Source: a virus (Duplodnaviria; Heunggongvirae; Uroviricota; Caudoviricetes). From it: a stretch of 64,000 nt of DNA. Positions 38,126 through 46,077 of the stretch are shown here, piece after piece. Where the stretch lies: the IMG/VR virus record IMGVR_UViG_3300031413_000001; one strand, 5' to 3'. Both the position numbers and the translations under genes were made by a program. The notes beneath the pieces are model-generated. The model ran no database searches. It was not told the DNA's origin and saw only the letters and a list, made by a program, of their open reading frames with translations. Each line of letters opens with the position of its first letter. The first letter of the stretch is position 1.

Positions 38126-38824
38126 GTGCCCAATCTCCTAACAAACCAACGCTTTGATAGCTGGCCGGAACTCCGTACATTCTACAACGAGTTCTTTTGG
38201 GACACTCGGCATCAAGAGTGGATGCAGGACTATGGAACCTATCGACGGCTCCGCATGATCATCAGCCAGTATCAGGCATACCGATCAAAGGTCCGCCAGT
38301 TCAAAAGCCTTCAGGAGATCCTGGAGTGGATGAACGGCTATGGCCATGAGGTCATGATGGTCCCTATGAACTACGTGGACAACCGCCGTCTGCCCAGTCA
38401 GCCCGAGCGCGTGGAGATCAGCCAAGTCTGGCACACGCCGGATATCAACGTTGCGTTCCGCTTCTTTCCAGGAAGCGATGAGGAACTTCATGGTCCAGGT
38501 GTGATGCTGACCATGAGTGTTTTCCCCCGAAAGGGAAACAAGTTTGATCCGGATGCTTGGCGTTTTGGGCTTGCCAGTTATGGCATCTACAGCTCAGAAG
38601 GTCAGTGGACCGACGACTATGGAAAGCACCATTGGGACTTTGAAGTCACCATCTTGGATGCTGACTTTACGATAACTGATACGATGAATCCCAAGTGGGC
38701 TTTCTCGATGCCAAATGATCAGGACGATGAAATCTCCGATTGGGAAGATGCCAACAACCGAGCATGGGCTATCGAAGAAGGTCTCGAAGACTATGAGGTG
38801 TTTGGTGACAGCTACTCTCGCTGA
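38126..38824 (+). CDS. hypothetical protein
   Basis: GTG start after AAGGAGG. 232 aa. Confidence 0.55.
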   Translation: MPNLLTNQRFDSWPELRTFYNEFFWDTRHQEWMQDYGTYRRLRMIISQYQAYRSKVRQFKSLQEILEWMNGYGHEVMMVPMNYVDNRRLPSQPERVEISQVWHTPDINVAFRFFPGSDEELHGPGVMLTMSVFPRKGNKFDPDAWRFGLASYGIYSSEGQWTDDYGKHHWDFEVTILDADFTITDTMNPKWAFSMPNDQDDEISDWEDANNRAWAIEEGLEDYEVFGDSYSR

Positions 38825-39041
38825 AATAAAAGGTTGGACTGAAATCGTACTCAACAAGTCCAAGGGTCGAGACTTCAATGAGCAGTGTCGGTGGATGGCA
38901 AAGCAAAATCTGGTCTCCACTGTTGATTTCATCTATCTTCCGGGTGCCAAGACCAGGGCCCACGATGCAAGGACGGATATCTTCCGTTTCAAAAATTCCA
39001 GCATGGCCACGTTGTTCAAGTTGACATTCGGCGGCTCCTAA
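38793..39041 (+). CDS. small protein of the FKLxWGG paralog family (solo copy)
   Basis: C-terminus ...DIFRFKNSSMATLFKLTFGGS; central CRWMAKQ. Start uncertain, since the listed ORF start at 38715 overlaps the upstream gene. Confidence 0.45.
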   Translation: MRCLVTATLAEIKGWTEIVLNKSKGRDFNEQCRWMAKQNLVSTVDFIYLPGAKTRAHDARTDIFRFKNSSMATLFKLTFGGS

Positions 39042-39054
39042 GTTAGGGGGAGGT

Positions 39055-39900
39055 ATGGAGATCGAAACATGGGCTGGACCAAATTCCGAAAACGTGACAA
39101 AGCAGCAATGCTGTTCCTCCTCGTCCTGCTCGTCGCCAGCAGCCCAGTCCGAAAAGAGACTCGGGGATGGTTCTGGAGCGGACTCTTCAAGTGGTTCGTC
39201 AAAGCGCCACTCCTGCTCCTCTATGGGATCATCGCCGTGCCTGTTGTGCTCCTACGAGCCGCCAAAAGGTCTGCCTGGTCGGCACTTGGATGGGACCAAC
39301 TGGGGAAAGGCTCTTCATAGAGCTGTCAGTGGTCGCTGGCCTCTCGCTGAGCAAAAGGAGTGGTGGTACAAAAAGTACCGCGCAGCTCTACGGAAAAAGA
39401 CTGCCAGGCGTTTTTATGAGCAGGGTGGTCTCTGCTTTTACTGCCACAATCCTTGCTTTCTAAAAGATACCGACCAGGGAACGATGAACAAAAAGCGGGT
39501 GGCGACCGCTGAGCATGTGATCCCCCTGAGCAAGGGCGGTACCGATCACTTGACCAATCTAGTGATGGCTTGCTCAGCTTGTAATTCACTCCGCGGAGAT
39601 ATGAAATTCAGCCGCTTCATCAGGTTGCGGCAGAGCCCTGAACGTTGGAGTGCCTTTGCAGCCACCATCTTAAAGGAACGCCAGGGCCGCCAAGCCAAGG
39701 CCAAGGCAAAGCGGGCTCACAAGGGCGTGGAGATGATGTGGAAGATCGCCACACTTCTCATCTATTGCCCCGAGGCACGACCAATCGTCAAGGAAGTCCA
39801 CGAGGAGTTCATTCGACGACGAAAGGTAATCGACGACAGGATTGCGGCTAGAAAAGCCAACAGTCTGGTAGATGAAAGCGATATCCTGGTTGACAGCTAG
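39055..39900 (+). CDS. HNH endonuclease with Ser-rich N-terminal region
   Basis: HNH core CFYCHNPC...AEHVIPLSKGGTDHLTNLVMACSACNSLRGD. An alternative start further 3' is possible, because a small two-TM ORF at 39069-39320 overlaps in another frame. Confidence 0.6.
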   Translation: MEIETWAGPNSENVTKQQCCSSSSCSSPAAQSEKRLGDGSGADSSSGSSKRHSCSSMGSSPCLLCSYEPPKGLPGRHLDGTNWGKALHRAVSGRWPLAEQKEWWYKKYRAALRKKTARRFYEQGGLCFYCHNPCFLKDTDQGTMNKKRVATAEHVIPLSKGGTDHLTNLVMACSACNSLRGDMKFSRFIRLRQSPERWSAFAATILKERQGRQAKAKAKRAHKGVEMMWKIATLLIYCPEARPIVKEVHEEFIRRRKVIDDRIAARKANSLVDESDILVDS

Positions 39901-39945
39901 GTCTCCTATGTTACAAGAGCAGTACGGAAACAAAGGAGATCGAGC

Positions 39946-41079
39946 ATGTTGGACAAGTTGATGACGGACGCGACGAAGAAGTTGAGCGAGGCTTTTGCCG
40001 AGGCCGGCTTCGAGATCCGCTTCGTCGGCGGCTGTGTCCGGGATGCCATCTTGGGTGTTGTGCCCAAGGATATCGACTTCACCACCGATGCAACGCCCGA
40101 CGAGATGAAGGACATCACGTTGGCCAACAGCTTTAAGTTCATGCCCACCGGGATCGATCATGGCACGGCGACCATCGCGGTCGATGGTGAGATGTTCGAG
40201 GTCACGACGTTGCGCGTGGATGCAGAGACGGATGGTCGTCATGCAACAGTGGTCTTCACGCGCAGCTTCGAGGTCGACGCAGAGCGCCGCGATTTGACCA
40301 TCAACGCAATGTCGATGGACATGGACGGCAATGTCTACGACTACTTCGGTGGTATGCAGGACTTGAAGGACAAGGTTGTCCGCTTTGTTGGTGTGCCGGA
40401 GATGCGCGTCCAAGAGGACTACTTGCGTATCTTGCGCTACTTTCGTTTTGCGGCACGGTTCGACAGCACGATGGACCAGGACACGTTGGACTTGTTCAGC
40501 GAGGGCGAGGTCTTGGACAAGTTGAACACCGTCTCGGTGGAGCGTTTCTGGCAGGAGATGCAGAAGTTGTTGGACCCGTCGATGCCGGCGCGCACTCGGG
40601 TTGTGGACGCAATCTTCCGCACTCGGGTCAACCGGTCGTTGGGGTTCTTCCGTTTCAACCCCGTCGAGGTAACGCGGAGCGATGATGCAGTGTCGGCTTT
40701 GGCCTCGTTGGTCTATGAGCAGGACATGACGCGATTCTTCGAGTTCTGGGCGTTGAGCTCGGCCGAGCAGAAGAAGATCGAATGGTTGGTGCGTAACCGC
40801 AGCACGCCATTGGACGAGCGGGTGGTCATGAACATGATGACGCGGAACAAGGCTCCGCGTGATTTTGTGGTCAGCTTGGCCGAGATGATGGGGGAGCCCA
40901 CGTTGGCCGAGTTCGCTCGGAACTACGTGGTGCCGACCTTCCCGGTAAAGGGGGACGACTTGATCGCCGCTGGGATGAAGCCGGGGCCCGACATGGGGCG
41001 TCGCTTGGAGCGCATGAAGGACGCATGGGCGTTCAGCAGCTTCAACAAGTCCAAGGACGAGTTGATGGAGGTTGAGTGA
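39946..41079 (+). CDS. tRNA nucleotidyltransferase (CCA-adding enzyme) / poly(A) polymerase family
   Basis: Head-domain motifs FVGGCVRDAILG...PKDIDFTT, RRDLTINAM and ED..RILRYFRFAARF. Confidence 0.8.
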   Translation: MLDKLMTDATKKLSEAFAEAGFEIRFVGGCVRDAILGVVPKDIDFTTDATPDEMKDITLANSFKFMPTGIDHGTATIAVDGEMFEVTTLRVDAETDGRHATVVFTRSFEVDAERRDLTINAMSMDMDGNVYDYFGGMQDLKDKVVRFVGVPEMRVQEDYLRILRYFRFAARFDSTMDQDTLDLFSEGEVLDKLNTVSVERFWQEMQKLLDPSMPARTRVVDAIFRTRVNRSLGFFRFNPVEVTRSDDAVSALASLVYEQDMTRFFEFWALSSAEQKKIEWLVRNRSTPLDERVVMNMMTRNKAPRDFVVSLAEMMGEPTLAEFARNYVVPTFPVKGDDLIAAGMKPGPDMGRRLERMKDAWAFSSFNKSKDELMEVE

Positions 41080-41405
41080 GCAGCGCGATTCCTGAACCCG
41101 GTCCCTACTATGAGGGACTGATCGAAGTTGGCGCGGAAAATGTTGATAACTGGGAAGTTGTCATCGTCCGCGCCAACAATCCCGCGATAAAGCATGGCGA
41201 GTACCGTGATCGTCCAGTACCCACGACAGCCCTGATGAAGTGGTTCCGGGAAAGCGGTGTCGATCCCGAGGAGGTCAAGTTGTCCGAGTGGGAGTTCAAC
41301 AACAAGGGAATTCCACCAAAGGTGGATCCTTTCTTTGAAGTGCATCTATTCTTCCTGCGTCCAAATGATGCCATGAAGTTCAAACTTGCCTGGGGTGCAT
41401 TGTGA
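41076..41405 (+). CDS. FKLxWGG family small protein
   Basis: C-terminus HLFFLRPNDAMKFKLAWGAL. ATGA overlap with the CCA-enzyme gene. Confidence 0.55.
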   Translation: MSSAIPEPGPYYEGLIEVGAENVDNWEVVIVRANNPAIKHGEYRDRPVPTTALMKWFRESGVDPEEVKLSEWEFNNKGIPPKVDPFFEVHLFFLRPNDAMKFKLAWGAL

Positions 41406-41671
41406 GCGTTGGAAAGCAAATCAAAGAGATCGAGGATATGCTGAGCAGAGTCGTCACTGCACCACACACCAAGGATCCCAAGTATCATCGCTTCCAGGGA
41501 TACGATCATCAGGTGATCGTTCGTCCTCGAACGTTGGAGATGGTTAATTGGTGCAACCAGCATTGTCAGGACGACTATTCCCTGGACGCAGCGGCCAGCA
41601 CCGGCGACAAGGTTTCCTTTAAGAATGCCAAGGACGCCATGCTGTTCAAGCTCACTTGGGGCGGAGCGTGA
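41402..41671 (+). CDS. FKLxWGG family small protein
   Basis: Central MVNWCNQHCQDDY. C-terminus VSFKNAKDAMLFKLTWGGA. ATGA overlap with the upstream paralog. Confidence 0.6.
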   Translation: MSVGKQIKEIEDMLSRVVTAPHTKDPKYHRFQGYDHQVIVRPRTLEMVNWCNQHCQDDYSLDAAASTGDKVSFKNAKDAMLFKLTWGGA

Positions 41672-41904
41672 CCAAGACGATTACCGACTACGCGGTGACG
41701 CCAGGTACCCGCTATCGTTATGCTATCAAGTTCCATGCGTGGAGCGAGAGTAGAACGGGACAAGCCTACAACTGGCTCCGCAATCGTACGCAGGAATTCT
41801 CTCACAACCTACATTCAACGGCTGGACAGAATGATTGCTTTTACATCAAGGACAAAGCGTTGGCGATGATGTTTGCCCTCACGTGGGGCGGACGAGTAGG
41901 TTAG
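41656..41904 (+). CDS. FKLxWGG family small protein (diverged)
   Basis: C-terminus CFYIKDKALAMMFALTWGGRVG. Confidence 0.5.
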   Translation: MGRSVTKTITDYAVTPGTRYRYAIKFHAWSESRTGQAYNWLRNRTQEFSHNLHSTAGQNDCFYIKDKALAMMFALTWGGRVG

Positions 41905-42136
41905 ACTCCTAGATTGGGAGGAACGCAACCGTCCCGCTGTACACAGAGCATACACTTGTCATAGGGCTTGCTCGCACTTACTAGAGCCTGCTTGAGCTGT
42001 TCCTTGAAGTGCATAAGGGCGCCATTGACTGCTTGGCCGACCAGCATGTTCACTGCACTGTCCAGCTGACCACTGGAATAACTGGGATAGAATCCCACAT
42101 TGATTGTATCAATGGCCAATGCCACTGCGTTCGCGT

Positions 42137-42514
42137 CTATGTAGCGCGTTTTTTCAGACATACTTCCCAGGCTCCGCCGCCGTTTTTAGGTGTGATCGAT
42201 CTGACTGCGGAGATTCTGTCTGCCCATCGTGGCATCTCAATGTTGATCTGGCCACTCTTGCCGCTGATGATGGTCAACACTTTATAGCCCAGTAGGGCGC
42301 CATTTTCAATATGGTCGCGCACCACCAGAAAAGCTTCTTGAACCGTGAGTCCATGAAGGTCGAGGGTTGGATGATAGGGCACTGCCCTAGGACTGACGAC
42401 CATGGTAAAATGATCGCCAGCAGTGGGACCCACGCGGGCTTGACCCAAGGGCGTTACGTCCTTGGTTGCACGGGACCAGACGTCCCGGTCGGCCTGTGTG
42501 AGTCCCATGATCAA
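42137..42514 (-). CDS. Smr-domain protein
   Basis: LDLHGLTVQEAFLVV...GYKVLTIISGKSGQ matches the Smr (small MutS-related) domain signature. Confidence 0.65.
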   Translation of the reverse strand: MIMGLTQADRDVWSRATKDVTPLGQARVGPTAGDHFTMVVSPRAVPYHPTLDLHGLTVQEAFLVVRDHIENGALLGYKVLTIISGKSGQINIEMPRWADRISAVRSITPKNGGGAWEVCLKKRAT

Positions 42515-43054
42515 TCAACCTGCAAATGGCTTAGTTGGGACTTCATTAAGCAACTGGCGTCCGCCCGTCAATCCCTTCTTCTCCTCAAGACTCTTCAGAG
42601 CCTCAGCGGGAGTCATAAAGCCATCATCGTCGACCACTGGAGCGGCAACCACTGCGATGGTGGGTTCGGGAGCCTGTACGCCCATGTCCTCAAAGGCAAA
42701 GGTGTAGCGATGCATCGCGCTCTGGCTGGCCGCATAAGCTAGATCAAAGGAGTGACCGGTCAGCTTGAGCCCCTGTGGGATGATGCTGAACACTGGCTTG
42801 TCCTTGGCTGCATCCATGCAATCAAGACGAAAGCTGTTGAATCGCATCGCATCCAGAAAATGCTCGGGGTTGATCGTCGCGCGGGCATTGATCTGAACCG
42901 TCTTGGCTACAAAATCCACCGAGACGTTTTCCACGTTCAGCGTTACACCTTCGGAGCGGCTTGCGACTCGAAACCTGTAAGAATACCAGGGCATCGTGAT
43001 CTGACCGCGGGTACCATCTTCCATGGGGACTCCAAACTTTTCCTTACTCATCAT
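42515..43054 (-). CDS. hypothetical protein
   Basis: AAGGAG precedes the ATG (MMSKEKFG...). 179 aa. Confidence 0.5.
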   Translation of the reverse strand: MMSKEKFGVPMEDGTRGQITMPWYSYRFRVASRSEGVTLNVENVSVDFVAKTVQINARATINPEHFLDAMRFNSFRLDCMDAAKDKPVFSIIPQGLKLTGHSFDLAYAASQSAMHRYTFAFEDMGVQAPEPTIAVVAAPVVDDDGFMTPAEALKSLEEKKGLTGGRQLLNEVPTKPFAG

Positions 43055-43200
43055 ATTCTCCTTATAGAGCGTCCACTATTTAAGCGTCTATAAACAACGC
43101 ATATATTGCGGAAATGCACCAGAGTTTCGTATAAGTAGAAGAGAGGACAACGACTCAACCCTCTATAAGAATTCTGCGTCGCAAGAACGAGAACCATAAA

Positions 43201-43995
43201 ATGGCAAAGTTTCAATCGACCAAGACCTACGGTACTGACCGTGGGCTCTCCTGCTGCTTTAGGCAGTGGAAGGCATCACATAGCCACTGTTCCACTCTTC
43301 ACGGCTACAGCTTGGGCTTCAAGTTCGTATTCGAGAGCGAGACGCTGGATAGCAGGAACTGGGCATTTGACTTCGGTGGTATGAAACCCATCAAGCAATA
43401 CCTGGACAGCATGTTTGACCACACGGTGTTGGTTGCTGAGGATGATCCCGCTCTGGAGTTCTTCAAGACCATGGCTGGCTATTCCACGATGCCTGAGCAC
43501 AATGGCACCAACGAGTCCATTGGCTACTTGAACCCCATTCCCCACGAGGAAGGTCGCATCTGTGCCCTTCGTATCGTGCCCGGCGTGGGTTGTGAGATGA
43601 CAGCCAAGATGGTCTTTGAGGAAGCCAGCAAGATGCTGGAGCAGATGAAGACTGGTGAGAACTCTCGCTATGAGATCAATCCAGACGTACGTCTAGTCTC
43701 CGTGGAATGCTTTGAGCACGGCTCCAACAGTGCGATCTATTATGGCGATGTTCCCAATCGTCAGGTCCATTATGTGGACGTTGAAGGCATTGATGAGTCC
43801 GACATTCAGTATTTCAAGGACCGGCTGGCTCAGGCAATCAAGCGTGGCGACAAGGTCACGTCTGAAAAGACTCAGCAATACTTGGACATTCTAGGTGATG
43901 GTGCTCCCAATCATCCATCGCGGATTGGGGACTTGAGCAAGTTCGAAGATGTGATCTACGACTTGCATAAGATTCCGCCCGTAGACGAAAAGTAA
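43201..43995 (+). CDS. 6-pyruvoyl-tetrahydropterin synthase/QueD-like (T-fold) protein with C-terminal extension
   Basis: N-terminal 120 aa carry the C-x(n)-HGH-x-Y/F motif (CSTLHGYSLGFKFVFES) and the DFGG segment of PTPS/QueD. The remaining about 140 aa are not recognised. Confidence 0.55.
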   Translation: MAKFQSTKTYGTDRGLSCCFRQWKASHSHCSTLHGYSLGFKFVFESETLDSRNWAFDFGGMKPIKQYLDSMFDHTVLVAEDDPALEFFKTMAGYSTMPEHNGTNESIGYLNPIPHEEGRICALRIVPGVGCEMTAKMVFEEASKMLEQMKTGENSRYEINPDVRLVSVECFEHGSNSAIYYGDVPNRQVHYVDVEGIDESDIQYFKDRLAQAIKRGDKVTSEKTQQYLDILGDGAPNHPSRIGDLSKFEDVIYDLHKIPPVDEK

Positions 43996-44008
43996 GACTG
44001 GCACAAAG

Positions 44009-44042
44009 AACCCCGGACAGCTTAGGCCATCCGGGGTTTTTC
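44009..44042 (+). terminator. intrinsic terminator
   Basis: aaccccgga-cagcttaggcca-tccggggtt followed by tttttcc. Confidence 0.75.
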
Positions 44043-44065
44043 CTTGGTTAAGTGATTGGAAACCC

Positions 44066-44605
44066 TTAGTTGCTGCCAGGCAACCTTGCAAACCAATGTG
44101 GTCCAATACGAAATCTATTGATCAATCCACGACCCCAGTTCCTAAGGGAGCCATTGAAGTGTGTTGATCCATTCGTAGGGTCTTTCATCTTATCACCGCT
44201 GAACAAAATGGCTGCTTTGTGTTGACACTCCGCCCATGTTGCTTTGTCCCTCGGTATTAGTGTCCCCGTTGACCTCTTAGTCCAAGAAAACTGACTTTGT
44301 GCCCACACCACTGAGCAAACGTTGTTCGCATGGAACGCGGATCGCTTGGTGCGGTTCAAAGTCACAAATGCGACTGCCCACTGATCGCGGGGGCTTCCCC
44401 CTCTGATTTCATGATAGATGTTAAGTGCCATGCACAACATCTGGTCTTGATCAGCACGATTGGCTTGCTGAAGTTCTGGAATCAGTCCTCCGGCAGATCG
44501 TGTTGCAGCGTGTAGTCCTTGGTATCTAAGGGTTGTCCCTGCTGAGGCTAGGTTGGGCGTCAGCAAAAAGGACAAGAGGAGCACGATTGCTCCTGTAAAT
44601 TTCAA
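44066..44605 (-). CDS. secreted cell-wall hydrolase, SleB/Hydrolase_2 family (candidate lysin)
   Basis: Signal peptide MKFTGAIVLLLSFLLTPNLASA. Motifs ALNIYHEIRGG, AVAFVTLNR and VCSVVWAQSQFSW. Confidence 0.7.
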   Translation of the reverse strand: MKFTGAIVLLLSFLLTPNLASAGTTLRYQGLHAATRSAGGLIPELQQANRADQDQMLCMALNIYHEIRGGSPRDQWAVAFVTLNRTKRSAFHANNVCSVVWAQSQFSWTKRSTGTLIPRDKATWAECQHKAAILFSGDKMKDPTNGSTHFNGSLRNWGRGLINRFRIGPHWFARLPGSN

Positions 44606-44679
44606 CCATCACCTCACATATAGTTGGTCCGATCTTGCCCTCAGTATGCGCTGGGCAACGGCGCGGAGTCAAACAAGAC

Positions 44680-45276
44680 CTAGAGGTCGCGTCGGTCATC
44701 CAAGCTCAACAGTTGTTCTCCCACGACGAGCTTGAAGAGGAGAACATCATTTAGCTTATCAAGATAGAGAAAGGTCCTGGGTTCAGTTACCAGTTTGATC
44801 GGCCCAGAGAGCTTTTCCAATTCGGCAACGTTATCAGGGCGCAATCCCCACTTGGGGTCCTTGAACTCAAACCTGTATCCATACTCTCCGTAGAACTTGC
44901 CCTTGGGCTTTGGACGTGGAAGAGTAAGATGCCAGCATGATCTCTCGACGATGCGTACATGATTGAACGTAAACTTGTGCCTGTGACGGAGAAACCATTG
45001 CAGCATCCGGGGATCGCTGGAAAAGGCATTGAACTGGTATGTTCGCTGGTTGCTCTGAAGAACCATATCAAGATCTTTGAAGCTGTGGTTGATGAGATCC
45101 TTGATCCCCAGCCACTCGCCCCAGTTGGGCAAATCTAACGAAAGTCCAACTCCGTAGGCATATCGTCCAAAGAACAATGGCCTCCGCAGAGTCTCGATCT
45201 GTGTTTCCTCCAGGCACCAACGCCTTACTAGGTCGTCCGTTACCTTATAGATTCTCTGTTCAAAGGTCCAAGGCAT
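44680..45276 (-). CDS. hypothetical protein, distant relative of the FKLxWGG family
   Basis: Internal ATG (MPWTFEQ...) is preferred over the listed start at 45456, which overlaps the convergent gene. Contains RRWCLEET and the C-terminal region DVLLFKLVVGEQ plus a 12-aa tail. Confidence 0.45.
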   Translation of the reverse strand: MPWTFEQRIYKVTDDLVRRWCLEETQIETLRRPLFFGRYAYGVGLSLDLPNWGEWLGIKDLINHSFKDLDMVLQSNQRTYQFNAFSSDPRMLQWFLRHRHKFTFNHVRIVERSCWHLTLPRPKPKGKFYGEYGYRFEFKDPKWGLRPDNVAELEKLSGPIKLVTEPRTFLYLDKLNDVLLFKLVVGEQLLSLDDRRDL

Positions 45277-45373
45277 ATATTCCTGTGTAGCACTGTCTTG
45301 AGTCAAGAACAAGGTATTTAGTCCATTTGACAAGCTGGTTTTTGGTGCTAACAAGGTTTGGAAGGAGAACGAT

Positions 45374-45826
45374 GTGCCACTGCTAGACGAAACGGTATCA
45401 GAGGAAAGCATGAGCTTTCTCGACGAAGCCTCGGCACACTTTCTTCGTGCGATCAAACAGCATTACACACGGGACACGGCCGTGGATGTGATGGAAGCCC
45501 TGTCGCCCATTCTGGGCAAAGACTGGAAGGGTCGCGTCATTTTTGGCATCATGGCCAACAAGTACAAGAACATCCGCAATCTGCGGATCATCAAGAATGT
45601 CAACGATGGCGTGGTGCAAAAGATCAACGCCATCAAGGAAGTCCGTATGTTGACCGGCATCGGTCTCACGGAAGCCAAGAACCTGGTGGAAACGGCATAC
45701 TACCAGCCCATGGATGTGCTGATGAAGACTCCTCCCCAGGACTTCACCTCGCAGGACTGGGACCGCCAGATTCAGACATCAATAACCGTCCTGCGTAATG
45801 CAGGCTTCAGCGTGGAGATCGCATGA
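45374..45826 (+). CDS. protein with ribosomal bL12 (L7/L12) C-terminal-domain-like segment
   Basis: GTG start after GAAGGAGA. KINAIKEVRMLTGIGLTEAKNLVE closely matches the bL12 CTD consensus K(I/V)xVIKxVRxxTGLGLKEAKDLVE. The N-terminal 80 aa are unrelated. Confidence 0.6.
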   Translation: MPLLDETVSEESMSFLDEASAHFLRAIKQHYTRDTAVDVMEALSPILGKDWKGRVIFGIMANKYKNIRNLRIIKNVNDGVVQKINAIKEVRMLTGIGLTEAKNLVETAYYQPMDVLMKTPPQDFTSQDWDRQIQTSITVLRNAGFSVEIA

Positions 45827-46065
45827 GTATTCTTGCCAAGGTCCGAAAGGACATGATGACTTCCGGTCACTCGGAAGCGGAAGCATTTTCCCAGGGTGGT
45901 CTCCAGGCCATCTTCGACGACCTGCAGAATCTTCGGCGGGAACGCAACACGGCAAAGCGTGAGGCGCTGACCAAGCTGGACGCCGATTACAACGAGGCGG
46001 AAGTCTCGCTGGAACGTCGCTATGCGATGATGATGAAACTCTCCGCTCGCAATAGCGACAAGTAA
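45823..46065 (+). CDS. hypothetical protein
   Basis: 80-aa ORF, ATGA-coupled. Confidence 0.45.
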   Translation: MSILAKVRKDMMTSGHSEAEAFSQGGLQAIFDDLQNLRRERNTAKREALTKLDADYNEAEVSLERRYAMMMKLSARNSDK

Positions 46066-46077
46066 CAGGGGTCCAAG

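Noticed and set aside
39069-39320. 83-aa two-TM ORF overlapping the 5' part of the HNH gene in another frame
   Set aside because: Cannot be distinguished from an alternative reading of the Ser-rich N-terminus of the HNH ORF. Its ATG lies about 17 nt downstream of the only Shine-Dalgarno-like sequence (poor spacing). Left unannotated as a separate gene, but noted.
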